DNA from: Marsupella aquatica
Taxonomy: Eukaryota > Plantae > Marchantiophyta
Reading direction: 5' to 3'
DNA: 64,000 nucleotides
Assembly (NCBI GenBank): GCA_973895155.1
Contig: OZ316893.1
Coordinates: forward strand, 11,796,359-11,860,358
Shown in pieces: positions 23,259-37,100 of the stretch (position 1 is the first letter of the stretch; each line of letters begins with the position of its first letter). Both the position numbers and the translations under genes were made by a program. Under the pieces are notes generated by a model. It saw only the letters and a list, made by a program, of their open reading frames with translations. It was not told the origin of the DNA and searched no databases.

Positions 23259-24089
23259 TTTATCTAGAGGGTCCTGATATCAGGGCTGTTCACAAGTGTG
23301 AGAGCAGTTCGCATCGGCAAGGGAGAGGGTCACTGCAAGTTGTGCACCGGGGTTATTGAAACCATCCCCCATCTTTTTGCTTAATGTGCATGTCAAGAGA
23401 TACTGGGCTATGGGCTCCGGTTGCTTTCAAGGCACCTTTGTGGACTATTCTGAAAAGTTATTGGAGATGGAGGACTTGATTGTGAGAAAAGACACTTACA
23501 AGGTGGCAAAATTATTCATTTTAATACCCAGATGTTTCAACCAAATGGTTACAGGAGATTTGATCTGAGATTTATCCTCTCAAAAGCTGTAGACTATGTG
23601 ACAGCGATTGATCTGTGTTTGTCTCCGGGGAGATAACACTAGATTGCTTCGAGTAAAAGAGTTCATTAATATATCAGGAAAGAGTTGCCTGGGTGCATAG
23701 ACATAATGTGTGGATTACCTCTGGTTGATACCAGATTTGATGTATAGGTCTTCTGTTAGATGGGTATTTTGGATGAAGCACCCGCTTTATGATTTGGGAT
23801 ACCTGTTAAAGGTCACTTGGGGAGTTTAGATAGTGATTAGCGATCCGTCTGGGTGTTGCTTGGTGCTGGTTTTTTTTTTAATAGGCTGTTGTTATGGTTT
23901 TGTGTTGGGCTTGATTATTTCCCCCGACCATGGGGTTTTCGTGGCCCATATGTTATTAAAGGAAAAAAAAATTCAAGGAAAATATAAATGTCATATAGTG
24001 GTTATCATAACCATGAATTAAAAATACAAATATATAGTTTTTCCGGAAAATTTAAGCTGCTATAACAAACTCAAAAATGCAATCTCAAA

Positions 24090-25640
24090 CTTACCCTCCA
24101 ATAGTCTAGCTCCTTGTTCAAAGCGTTTAGTCGCTTTACACCATACTTTTTGCTTGGATCATTTGGACCATCTTCTCTACCTCCTTCTTGATCATACACC
24201 ACCTTCAAAGCTGCCCAAGTTGAAATCTCCTCTTTGGTAACTCTTGGTGGGGGACCACACAACTTTTTGTTCTTATCAAAGTGTGTTATTTGAGATGCTC
24301 TATGTCTATAAGGGTGATCTAGTAGAAGAAACCTATGATGTCCTTGGAACTTAAATGCTTGCAAAGTTTTTGAATATACACTAGTCACATTGAGATCACA
24401 GGTAGAACAACCCAAATATGAATAAAGTTACATCATCAGTTATCAGTCATTCTCATCATTTTACCTGATATCAGTCCCACATCATCTCAGAGAGACCGCC
24501 GAGTTGCGGCGAGAAAAAAAATGGAAATTTAAAGAAAAAATTCCAAAATTTAAGAGGATTTTTTTTCTGGGAATTTTTTTTACTATGCGCTGTTTGTACC
24601 ATACGAACGTCTATCTAGACGAGACTAGCTGAGATTGGCTGCCCCATCTCAGAGAGGTACAAGCTGAGATGGACTATGTTCGTACAGTACGGATGCGTAC
24701 TTTCGGGATTAATTTTTTTCAAATTATTTTTTTCAGAAAATTTGGGATTTTTTTTTGAATTTTTTTTTTCCGTATACCTATCTTGGCAAGGTAAGCCAAG
24801 ATTGGGCCAATTTCAGCTGCCCAACTGAAATACACAAAGGTGCAGAGGCTTATCTTGGCTACTCAACTAAGATTCAAAGAAATTAAAGGCGAAAAACTGA
24901 TAATTGATGATCCTCGCTACCCCCCCAAGTATCCTTTTGTAGCCTGGCCTGAGATCATGTCATGTGCAGGATAATCTGCTATTGTTAACATCAAGATGAC
25001 CTTAAGTAAAAATGGGCTAGATCTACCAACTCTTTGTAATACACCATAGGTAATCACCCCTTCCTCCCATAGCTTCTTTAGCTCCTCTATTAGTGGAGCC
25101 AAATACACATGATCTATATTCTTAGAAAGAGCTGAGTCTGGCCTAGGAATTAACAAAGTTAAACAACACAAAGAACCTCTTTTTTGACATGCAAGGAGGG
25201 AGGTTATAATTCAAGAGGATTACAGGCCAACAAGGCAATATATTTTTCTTATCTCCAAATGGATTCACCCCATCCAAAGAAAATCCAAACCTAACATTTT
25301 TTGTCTCAGCTACAAACTCTGGATACTTCTCATCTATAAGTTCCCATTGTTTGGAATCTCCAGCATGCCTTTGCAATCCATCAGGGCTTGTCAGTTGTCC
25401 AAGTCATCATTTCTAAGATGACATTGCATCTATACATCCATTATAACCTTGGAATCAAAGGGAAGTGACAAGTACCTTTACAGGTTGTTTGGATCTCCCA
25501 ACATTTTTATATCTATGCTTGCCGCAGGAAGGGCATGTCAAACAATCAACATACTCTCCTCTGAAAAGAACATGACCATCAAGGCAATCATGGATTGAAT
25601 TGTAACTCAAACCTAAACTAGATATCAACCTCCTAGCCTG
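24090..25640 (-). pseudogene. CACTA/En-Spm transposase (Transposase_21) remnant, upstream part
   Basis: NVRFGFSLDGVNPFG, WPVILLNYNLPP, YLAPLIEELKKLWEEGV, TIADYPA, GHHRFL..DHPYR, ELDYW followed by a GTAAGT donor. Frameshifted and split by a MITE. Confidence 0.9.
24420..24923 (-). mobile_element. Second copy of the ~500-bp Mutator-like MITE, inverted, inserted in the CACTA transposase
   Basis: Ends are reverse complements of those at 22748-23258. 9-bp TSD CCCAAATAT/CCCAAGTAT. Removal restores GQATKGYLGCSTC. Confidence 0.82.
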
Positions 25641-27099
25641 TTAAACACCTATTTGGCCATGCGATTAACGGATGATTAACGTTCTTCGACCCGTTCATTT
25701 CTCTATTAAACGATTAACCGTCCGACTAAAGGATAACTTGTCAACTCATTCTCACTTTCCTGATCTATGATTTTGGCTAGAAGTTCTTCAGTATCTACCT
25801 CTTTTTTCTATTTTCAGGTACAATAGACTCGGTCAAAATTAATCTTTCTCGGTACACAATCTCTATGAACCCACACCACTACATTGGAGTATTAAGAAGA
25901 CGCTTCTTGATACTCTGGAATAGCCTTGAGACATCCCTGAGTATATACAAAAAGACATTAGGGATATCAACAAGAGTCCTATAGTGAATTGGAAAATGAA
26001 AAGACGATCACTATTGAGGGAATCTCATAGGAAGTTTTTGAGGCATCCTTTGATTGATAATGAGGCTTCACCTGCCTCAAGATTTGTAGATGAGGAGGCT
26101 GAGTCAACATCAAAATCTGAGAGTAATGAAGTATCTACTAGCAAGAAAAGCATAGAGAATTCAAGTTCCAATAGTTCAGTTGATGTTCATTCAGGATTAG
26201 ATGATTTTTGATTATGTCCATATCTCATAATATTTGATTATCCTTGTGGATAAAAATCACTTCTGAAAAGAATTAAACTTTTTACATATTTGTTCACGGA
26301 AAAAAAATTATGTATTATCTCAAGTCATCTCAATAAAGTGTTATTGATATTTTTTTGCTTAAATTGATTTGGTTTTAGATATGATATAATAATATTTGTT
26401 AGTAACTCTTAAGATAGATTAAAATAATTAATTTTTGTTTTTCACTCCCAAATTATGATGTGAAATGTGAGGTTTGGCTTTGCTAGCAATGACTCTTTCT
26501 CACTATCAATGTTTGTTTTTTCTATCTCTTTTGTCGTGCTAGTGTACATGATCGATGTACCAGTTGTGTCGTAATTGCAAAACCTGTCTAAGGAATACAC
26601 TTAACTATCCTATGAATTATCTATTTGCATGCACAAACAAAAAAAGAAAAACATCATATCTATTGACTTAACCTACTAGTCAACTAACCTAAATGACTAC
26701 TTGGCTCTATATAATACCGTCGTCTTCTAGGTGGCGGTGAGACGGGTTGGATCTCCACTCGCAACCCTAGTGCTGATCGCTCCGGCCGAATTGGCCCCGC
26801 AATGCTAGTCCATTGTGACTGTTCGTCGGGCTATTCTTGCAGGAGTGCACGGGAACAGCCCGCACTTCATGACTATGAAGCAACCATTTGCAGTATGTTA
26901 ACACAAATATAAAGCAGCGCAGCTATTGTAACGTCTTGTATGCAAACCCAGGTTTAAGTCCATTTGTGTTTCGTAGACAAAGTGAAGGTCCAATGATGTG
27001 TGATGTGTTTTTTTCCGACACTTATTAAATCTCATACAGATCCACATTTTCATGACGGATCCATTGTGATTCTAAAATGACTCCGGAATCAAAATCTTG

Positions 27100-27830
27100 T
27101 CTTGTAGTCGTGCGATCCTCTATTGTACTGAGAGGACTGCGTGACATTGTATCGGCATTGTGGTGGATCACTCCTGATCAATGAATGATATCAAAAGTGT
27201 ACTCCTGCAAGATCAATACCCGCCTAGCTAGTTTACCGATCAATTTGTTGTTGGTCATCAACCATTTAAGTGATTGATGATCTGTGAACAACATAATTTT
27301 TTTACCATACATATATGATTGGTAGAAAATATACCACAGCCCATATCACAGCAAGTAGCTCTCCTTCATAAGATGAGTTGTTACTATGTGAAGCATAGGC
27401 ATTGAAATTCTTAACATGTGTACGATAATAGTTGCATAGATCTAAAAAGATGCATAGTTTATTGACATATGTAGGTGTTTTTATATTGTTGATGGTCAGA
27501 ACCTTGACCTCATCTGGCATGAGTCCATCAAAAATCACTCGGTGTTCCAGATAGATCACACTGTTCACCCCGAATTCACATTTCTTGGGGTAACATTTGA
27601 AATTAGTTTTTGTGAGTCTTTTGAACAGGTCTTTCAAATCATCCATGTGTTTGTCAAATGAAGGGTTGTGTACTATGACATTATCAATATAACATTCGAT
27701 GTGTGCTGCAATTTTCTTCACTATATCCATAACTTTTTGAAAAAAGATGGCTGCATTCTCATAACTTGTCACTGCCATGAAATGCAGTCTTCTTTCTGTC
27801 CTTGTGACAGAGCCAATGGCCCCAAAGAAT
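27100..27830 (-). pseudogene. Gypsy RT/RNase H remnant, internally deleted
   Basis: CYIDNVIVH, KCYPKKCEFG, SSYEGELLAVIWAV, DHQSLKWLMTNNKLIGKLAR. Confidence 0.85.
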
Positions 27831-30800
27831 GCTTTTAAAGGGTAGTGGTAACACACACATGTAAATAAATAGATTTGTGTCAAGTTTTTTTTGCTTTTGT
27901 TCTATTACAACCTTGCCGAAGATAATTTATGCGCAATATAGATGAGGTGAGTGTTGATATTTTTTCATGTCCTCTTGATTTTAATTATCGGCCAAGCCTT
28001 GGATAAAGAAGGGGTTGGTCACTGGCCGATGCAGGACAAGGCATGTGTCCTAATGCCTTTCCATGTAGGAGTCGGATGATTTCCTATCTTTTTAATTTTT
28101 TTAAGTGACCCTAGTATTAGCATAATGGGAGCCGGGTCAAAAGGCGTGAGTGGCCAAACGCCACTTTTGGGACCGGTCAGCAAGAGTTAGGGAAGGAAAA
28201 ATAAAAGAGACCCAACCAAGGAACGGCCCAACCAGCAACGAGCGGCTCGAGCCAATAACAAGGCGGCCTAGATAAAAAGCCAGCCAAGGAGGAGTAGAGT
28301 CGACCTGGGAGTGCCAAGGCTCGAAGAGTGAACCGATGTCCGCGTGATCGTATTTTATGGTAAAAGCATGTTGGCTCTTATGAGTCGACCTTGTATGTCC
28401 ATAAATTCTATAGTAAAACCAAAATGATAACTCTTGTAAGAAGGGTAGTGGGTATTAAGAAAAGTTCAGGTGAAACTAATATATTATTAAATTTTACTTT
28501 ATCATATTTGTTGATCAACACCTCTCAAAAACTAATTTTTTTACGACATATCATCATAATATTTCAAGAGAAAATAAAATAGGAATGTCATCTGACTCCT
28601 ATTTAGATCCATGACTTCAATAGAGGACAAAGATAATGCATTCTCACTCCTCTCAGTAAGACACTACTGGGTATACTATTGCCTTATTAGAACTCATAAC
28701 AACAATTGTAATTATTCCAAACAAATTCAATTGTAATATTCCAAACAGATTACATAAATTAATAACTTATCCCATTCCAATGAATGATGATTCTATAAAG
28801 TTTGTATACTTATTCTGTAATTTGATTGTGAAAATAGTCATTCTTGCGAAGAGATCACAGAGGCCAAAGGTGAAAGTAAAAGGGCTTTGAAAGAATCAAA
28901 TGCTGTTACTTTGTCCTGCTCGATTAGCGAATAAAAAAAAACTTGTCTCTGCCCTGCTTCGGCCAGCATCGTCATCAGCCACGGGTAAGCCCGACGGTCC
29001 AAGCCAAACCTTCTCTTCCACCGGGGCGGGGAGAGCTGAAGCTTAGAAAGGCCCTTGTTCTTTGCCTTACATAGCTAAAGGCCCTCTACCCCATTCATAA
29101 ATCCAAACGTACAAATGGTTCATCGGTTTCACCGAATGCTCGAAATTGGATGCTCTTGGGCATCTTCACGCAATTTTCAGGTGCTTTAGATACCGTTTAA
29201 TATTTATGTGTCCTTTCGGTGAAGTAGCTATTAGAGATTTGAAAAACAATTGGTTATCCATAAATTATATCTTTCTTTTTTCGCAAAACCGGTAGATAGT
29301 TATATATTTGTTTTTCATTCATATATATATTTTTCAAAAGAAGTGTGCATTACAAAGAACCCTCTCAGCCGGCGAAGTGCACGGAAATCTACAAGCCATT
29401 TATGGTCCCGGCTCCTCGTCCGGACCTAGTTCTAAGCTATCTCTCGACACACCTCGAGATTACTCCCGACGCATATCCAGGTTGGGTAGGACAGAGGGTT
29501 ATGTCCTGTGGTGCCATTCAAATCCGAACAATTTTAGGGGGTGCGATCGAGCCTTACGATTGACGAGGTTTATATACATTCGCTTACATTACCTCTATCA
29601 GCTAACCCTACCCCCAAGGCTTCAAGTGCCAATGGTTAATTGCTGGTTGACAAGGACCGAAAGAGTCTCCGATTCGTCGGTACAGAACCTCATCTTAAAT
29701 ACAAGAGAACTGACAGTTTAATCGTTTCGTTTTGACCCCTTTGCTATGATTTTTTGGTTCATGCAAGAGCCCATCCCTATTTAACCATGCGAGCATAACC
29801 AAGTTGAACAAATCACACACTTTTTAATGGCATTATAAAAAAAATTCTACGATCGGTTGAAACCGGAAAAATCATATCAACGAGTGAGCGCGCTTGTTTG
29901 ATGCCCTCCTGCATGCTCCATTAGCAATCCCTCGTTCCCCGAGCTAGAAGTTCTATGGCTCGTCTTGTGAGTCTACCAGAGGTATCTCACTCAGTCTGGC
30001 TGGGAAATGGCCCAGCTATTACGTCGCTAGGGTTGACTCCAGGATTGCGGACTCCGATACGCGCCTGGATGACATGATAAAATTTGAAAAAACTATTGCC
30101 AGATTATAATTTACTTAGTATCGACTATAATATGCGCATACATATATTAACAGGTGTGGATGAAATCACTCCAATTTGTTCGGTAGTCGGTATATTCTCA
30201 TCGGCCGGCTGGTGGAAAGAGAAACTTGGGAACAAAAAAAATAACCGAAGCGATAGCTATCGCCCATCGGCTCTTTGACCTGACTTTTTTAGGAGCTTAA
30301 CGACTTTTTTAGGAGCTTAACGCTAATCCGAAATCACCTATGCGATTTATGAGCATAGCTTTAATAACCGCTTTATTCGCTTGAATGCACGTAAACCAAG
30401 AATTTATCAATAAATATGATGCGAGTCCAACCCCCATCAATCATGCAAATGTGAACCAATTTTTTTATCAATTGTTTTTGTTTACCATTTAAGCCCCGGA
30501 TATAGCCCAAATTGTTTGAACAATTGTATGTGCTTGCCTCGTCCATGATAAGGATAACTTTCTTCCCTCTCTTCCATCGCCAACCCTCTTGGGTCTGGTA
30601 TCTTTGTTTCGTGCGTACTACTCGGCGTCCGATAGCAATGTGTGTATTCTTAACGATAGGCCGATTAATGATGCCCGATATAAAGCATCATCACATTATC
30701 CTCCTCGAAGGGAAAGCCCGAGGGGGGCATGTGCTCCTTTGATAGTCTGCAAAAAAGAGGGGATGGGGTCTATAGACAATGGTAGGATCGGGGGTAGGTG

Positions 30801-33103
30801 GACGGAGGTGATGGAGGCACGATAATAAGAAAAGGTGGTGAGGGATCATTTTATCACCATGATCCTAAATAGAGCAGATTGTGGGAGTTATTCTATAAGT
30901 CCATGACATATGTATCCAACACACCAACTATAGTTAACACAAGAGATACGTGATTCATCTCCTTGAGTTTACATCCGTGTAAACACACAAGAGAGCTTTA
31001 TTAAACTCTAAGTCTGTCAGTCATATCAAGTCTCCATAGTGTAAACTCTCTTTATCTCTCAAGTGCTTCGTAACAATGAGCCTTAGTTTCACTTATCCAA
31101 GGAAACATTGCTTAGGATATAGTGTGCAACTTAGTTAATCTAACCACATCTCCTTCTACAGCTAGCCTAACTACGATTATATATCGTAATCCTAGATCTA
31201 AGAGTAAACACCTAACCTAATTGATTTCTTCACTTAATCAAGTTCGCTCAGACTTTTGGGTAGCTATAAACACGACCTGCAATGAGACAATAAAGATGTC
31301 ACACCCATGGCCTTCAACCCCAAGAGCGCATATGTATTTCTTTGGGCAAGAAAAAATGACGTGAATTATTTTTGAAAAAATATTATTTGTTATACCATGT
31401 GTTGCTTCTGATCTTGTAAGTCAAATGGATGGTCCTATCAATATTACAACACTGGCAAAATGCATCGACATATAGCTAAACAGAATCCAAAAATTGTGTC
31501 TACAAGATGAGAGGATAATATAGTTTGTAAATAAATTTTATCGATATTCGACTATCTTGTCTATAAGATAGGTATCCATCTTGTTAACAGGTAGTGACAT
31601 AAGTTTTTTTCAATTGATTGTAAATTATATTTGAAGATAATTTGTCAATTTATAATCTAATATTGAACTGATATACTTGTAATGTTAATCTTACAAAACA
31701 TGTCATATACTAAATATCTTGTAAAAGTTAAAAAATTCAATATCAAAATGATTTATTAATAATATTAATTTATATTTAAAACTGTGCAAAAGTTCATATA
31801 CTCCAAAAAAAAATATTATAATTTTTCCAACCAATTATAAATTAAAATTGAAAAACATTTACAAATAACGTATCAAATTGTAAACCAATATCGAACTCAT
31901 GTACTAGTAAGATTAATATTAAAAAATTGTGCGATATACTTAGATATCCTACAAAAATTGGGATAATCCAATATCAAAAAAATAAAATAATTAGTTAGTC
32001 TTACAAGTTGTGTCACATTGAAGTGATACATTGATTTAATTCACTAGGACGGGTAATTAACATTGCAAAAGTTTGGATGATCTAGTACTCAAGTAATTTT
32101 TCATTGTGAGATTGTGACTTCAGACAACCCATTACTTACATGGATCCATAATAGTCATAAGCTCTACAACAATATCATGAAGATAAAACAACATCTGTGT
32201 TACACTAACAATTTCTATGGGCTGCATGTGCCTATAACAAATATAATTTCTTTTATTGTAAAACTTTCATTTGAAGAATTTTTATTTATCTTTTTTTGTC
32301 CTCGTATTCATTTAATATTTTTTTTGCTTTCACGCACGCCATATTTGTGGCATGACTTTTTAGCCTCATCGTTGTTGTGTGTTTTTTTGTTGGCCTTCAC
32401 ACAACTCAACTCATTGCATGTGTTTTGGGGGCCTACCCATCTTTTTTTGGCCCGTTTATTTCTGTATTTTTTCTTTAAACTTCCATACTCATTGCAAGTA
32501 TTTGGGGGGGGGGTGTATTTATTTTTGGAGTTTCTTGTGTGTGTGTGTGTGGCCTCTCATATAATCTATTTTTTTGTGTTTGTATTTTTGGGTTGGTAAA
32601 GAATTTTTTAATTTTTTTCCGCACTTCCATTGCATGTTTATTTCTTTGGAAAAGTTTTTCAAGTCAATGTGTTATTGGTAGTAAAAAATCATGTCTTATC
32701 TTGTATCAATAAAAACAATTTGCTGTCACATCCATGTCAAATAAAAACATAGTTGCCAAAATTATGACAAATATAAATACTTTAGAAAAAACTTCTTTGT
32801 AGTTGTGACCATAGTAGGAAATTTACATCATAAGCCAACTAAGGAAAAAACTTGCATGATGGGTGACCCTCAAATAAATGTGCATGCCAGACCAACCTAC
32901 ACAAGAAATTACCTTCATTAAGAGAAGTTGAAAGATTTTGTTTTTGACCAAAGTGTATGGATATGGTAAGGCAGACCTCAAAAATACACAATACATTTGA
33001 AAATTTGCAAAAAGATTTGCAATGTTTTGTATGCCCTATCTTTCCCCCCAAAGGAGAGAATCCCACAAATCTACATATTACACGAGTACCATGCCCTAGG
33101 CAA

Positions 33104-33275
33104 TGAGGTATTTGCTTGATCGACCCCCAAAATAAAACTTACTTGATCGACCCCCTGAGGTCTATGAACGGCCCAGATCTGAGATCGAAAGGTCCAACGG
33201 TCCAGAATGAGGAAAAGTATAGGGGGTTGATTAAGTAAACTTTTTTCAAAAAGGGGTCTACTAAGCATATCCCTA
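33104..33275. mobile_element. 172-bp MITE with 9-bp TSD (Mutator-like)
   Basis: CCTAGGCAA at 33095-33103 and 33276-33284; imperfect TIRs ...TATTTGCTTGATCGACCCC / GGGGTCTACTAAGCATATCCCT. Confidence 0.7.
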
Positions 33276-33629
33276 CCTAGGCAACAAAGGGGGGGGGGGG
33301 GGGGTACAAAGTCTTTGCTGACTCACACTCTGCCCTGATTTCAATGGGCCAAATCGTCGTAATTGCGGCCCCAAAAGCATTAATGGGGGCGAAAGTACTG
33401 TACTGTGTCATCATCACATTTGGAGTGATGGAATAATTCCAATATTACATCATTATTAGACGGAGACGAGCAACGGAGCGAAACGAAACGCGATGAGTGT
33501 AAATGGAATGGAGCGGAAGATTCGTTGTGTGCTACAGCCAACAGTACAGCCAACAGTACCCTCGCTTGGTTCATTTGGGAGAAGTGTATCGTGTTGTTTG
33601 GGTAGCGTTGATGATGCGTGTGGGTGGGG

Positions 33630-34040
33630 TAGAGAAGAGAAGAGAAGAGAAGAGAAGAGAAGAAAGGAGCATCGAGGGCCCGAAAGGAAGGAAGGATTCT
33701 TCATTGTTTGGAGTGGGCAGAGTAGTTGAGCCCTTTCTGCCAATCTGGTGATCGATTTTTGGTTGTTGGTGGGCGTAACGATGCCATCTGGGGTAGCAGG
33801 ATGCAAGAGCAGGGGCAGCGGCAGCGGCAGCATGGCGTGGATTTCTAACGGGAGGCTTTTGCTCTTGCTATTCATTTCCGCAGCGGTTCACGTAATTTCG
33901 GAAGGGTCGCCTCTTCCGCAAGTGGTTAGACGGGATGGATGGATGGATGGAGGAGAATGGATTGGAGTGGAGTGGATTGGACTGGAATTGAATTGAATTG
34001 AATTGAAGCGACTCGAATCGAATCGAATTGAATTGCATTG
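33630..34040. repeat. Microsatellites (AGAGA)n, (GGAT)n and (GAATT)n upstream of the RING-WD40 start codon
   Basis: Visible simple repeats at 33631-33665 and 33932-34040. Confidence 0.85.
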
Positions 34041-34144
34041 AACCAAATTTAAATTATAGTCCATTCCAATGAAGTCGAATGGAATGGAGTGTTACTTTCA
34101 TTCGATCGAAGTTGGAGTGAAGTGATGATCGTGGTGGATTGACC

Positions 34145-37100
34145 ATGGGGCTCACCTGCAAAATTTGTTTCGAGCGAGCCTCGGATCAAGAGAACGGCTC
34201 GCAAGCTCGGATTACGCCCTGCGGTCATGTCTTCTGCGCTCCGTGTGCTGCGATTTGGTTTCGGAATGATGCGCCCTGCCCGGTGTGCCGCCACTCCGTA
34301 GCCGCACCTTCCGCTCTCATACCTCTCTATGACCACGATTCCGGCATACAATCACCATCGTATGGTCTCGACACTATACTTGATTGTGGGAACGCCGATT
34401 TGTTGCAAGATTGGTATGTATGTATGTAAAGACAGAAGGAGAGGGAGGGAGGGAGGGAGGGAGTCAGGCAGAGAACCTGTTAGGTCTGGGGTGTGGGGAC
34501 GGGCACGAGCAAACGAAGCAGAGACAACAGGGACATATTTGGGCTTTAGAGGGAAAGAGACAGCACAAGTCATTTTCAAACCGCACTTGCATCCAATAAG
34601 TCCATTGAACTGAGAATTAGACAGAAGATGCTTCTTGTCGCCGAATTTCCATTATCGAATGGAATCAGTACGCTCTTCCCAAGTTCTTCCTTCTATGGGG
34701 GTTTGCTTAGCTACTAAATTATTTGTAATCTTGCACAGTTCTTATCTGTACAGACATCTAGTCCCTGGGCAAATGTAGACAACTCGGATAAGCACCACTC
34801 CACTGCGAGGAAGCTTTTCACGATTCAGATTGGATCGGAAGGTTCCTGGAAAACTGTGGATGACAAAACGCTTTTAATTGATATATTATTTGTATCCTTA
34901 TCTGACCTATTAAACCCCTACAATTCTTGAGCTGGGATTGGCAATCCAGCAAACGGGCTCGTTGTACTAAACTTGACCCAATGCAAAACTTTTACATAAA
35001 ATTGTAGAATCCTGATGCTATGAACCATATACGGAAAGCTTATCTTCATGTCTCGTGAGTGAGGTTTGTTCTTGAGAGTTCCGTGATGCCCGTCACTGGA
35101 ATTATCGTTTACCTGTCCTTTTTGGACCTTTTTATTGTGCGTAATTGTTTATAGCGATCGAAGTTTCTGAATTCATCACGTGGTTTCGCTTGGCAGTTCG
35201 GAACTCTACTTTGGGCCTATAGAGAAGGAAGTGTGTTCAGAGGATTTGTTGGAAAAACTATCATCTTTTCGAAGGAAATCGTTTACTGTGGAAGTTATCT
35301 AAAGGATAAGGATGCCGGATCTGTCTAAAGGTCTTCTGTATTGGATTGTGCAGTGTTGGAGACCAATCTGAGGAGAGTGTCAACGGTGAGCCCTTGAATG
35401 GAAAGCAGAAATTTTCCCCAGAGAAAGGAAGCTCTGGAAACTGGGAATACAAGGACAAGTCCGAATCAAGAGAAGGGTTCAACAATGAAAGATCAGGGGT
35501 TACTAGTTGCTTGCCAAAGTGTGGAACCGAGGATGAGGATATACAGGTTAAATTCGTGTTAGGCAAATTGGCTGAGCGATGGCAACAGGTAGTGTTGGAG
35601 AGAGCAAAATTGAAAGTACAGGTTGCGAAGTTGGAGAAACTGAAAGGGGATCTCTCAACTCAAGTGCAATCTCTGACTGAGGAGAATATGATACTTAAGC
35701 AGGCCCTCAGCATGAGATGTAGACCAGTCGTTAGGAGTAGCGTTGTTGACGGCACGGCCGCCTGGGATGGTGAAAGTGAGATTAGCTTCCATGGAGATGG
35801 TATGTGTCAGGGATTTGACAGGGACTCGGAGGCAAACGGAAGTCTTCTGCAATCTTCGATCAACCATCCGGAGCTGTCTTTTAGCGGGACTGAGGCAGCC
35901 TTCAATAATGTAATAGTCTCGAGGCGCCCTCCGGTTAAAATAGAGGAGAGATTAGCAGCTGCCAAATGGGAACTTGGCCATACGTTTTCAATGCACTCTG
36001 GCCCAGTTCATGGAATTGCTGTTAGTCCTTCTGGGAATCTGGTAGCCACAGCATCCTGGGACCATTTATGTAGAGTATATGATGTCCATTTAGAGGAGGA
36101 AGTATCTGTGCTATCAGGTCACCTTCTCGGACTATATGCTGTTAAGTTTTCTCCAGCAAAACGTGATCTGGTGGGCACTGTAAGCTCCGATCATACATGC
36201 CGCTTATGGAATACGGACACTGGAGAATGTCTACATGTACTTGAAGGCCACACAGATGAGGTGATTGCTCAGTACTCTTTGTACTAATGCCTACCATCTC
36301 GCTTTGACTATAAATTATTTTAAGGTTCAGTGAATTAAGGGCATGAGATCTAGGAGATCTATTAATTAATGCATTACATATATTCCTCCAACTCGCGTCT
36401 ACTATTTCAGGAGGATCCTGTTGGCATCATGGAGTCCGTAATATCCTCTTTGCGTCTGCATACAGGTCAATGGATTGTCTTTTAAGCAGGGAACACATCT
36501 ATTAGCAACTGCATCGGATGATAAATCCAGCATAATATGGGATGCAGAGAAAGGTGTTGCCGTAACAACTTTAAAGGTACGACCTTCACCCGTTCGATGC
36601 GTCTTTATCGGGCTAGGTCAGGTTGTCATTGGTGCAATGCACAGAATCTGGCCCGATGTTACTACAAGGAAGATGATTTAGAGCTGTTCTAGTCGTGTCC
36701 GAAATGTGATCTTCATCAACATTTTAGGTTCTCTGCAGGCAAGAAGGGCGTACTAGCACATTAGGGAGACATCAAGGGAGGAGGTGACCTGTTTACTTCA
36801 CTGAGATTGAATGAAGTTATCTGCGTTGTCACCTCGTGCCTCCCAGCTCTCTAGATTGACTCGTCATCATACCCAATTGTCTTCCAGGGCCATCGGAACG
36901 GTGTGTATGGTGTTTGTTTTCAACCTGCTGGACACCTTGTAGCAACGGCCTCATTTGACTTCACTGCAAAATTGTGGGATCCACGTTCGGCAGAAGATAT
37001 TCAGACACTGCGAGGTCACCAAGAGGATGTCATCGGCGTGGACATTGATGACTCTGGCACCTTCCTTGCTACTGGAAGTGATGACAAAACTTGTCGTGTT

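Larger units (their letters stand above)
10240..23971 (+). mobile_element. 5'-truncated L1-clade LINE (EN-RT-zf), degenerate, interrupted by the DNMT retroelement and a MITE
   Basis: EN motifs GGDFN, SRLDRFY, SDHDPV. RT motifs WRPLTMLN, LDFEKAFDRV, GVRQGCPLSP, FVDD. The frame DFL|WGYN rejoins across 12429/21907. A-rich tail at ~23963-23971. Collinear with the LINE at the window end. Confidence 0.9.

Noticed and set aside
30281-30322. ~21-bp tandem duplication
   Set aside because: Simple local slippage with no further structure.
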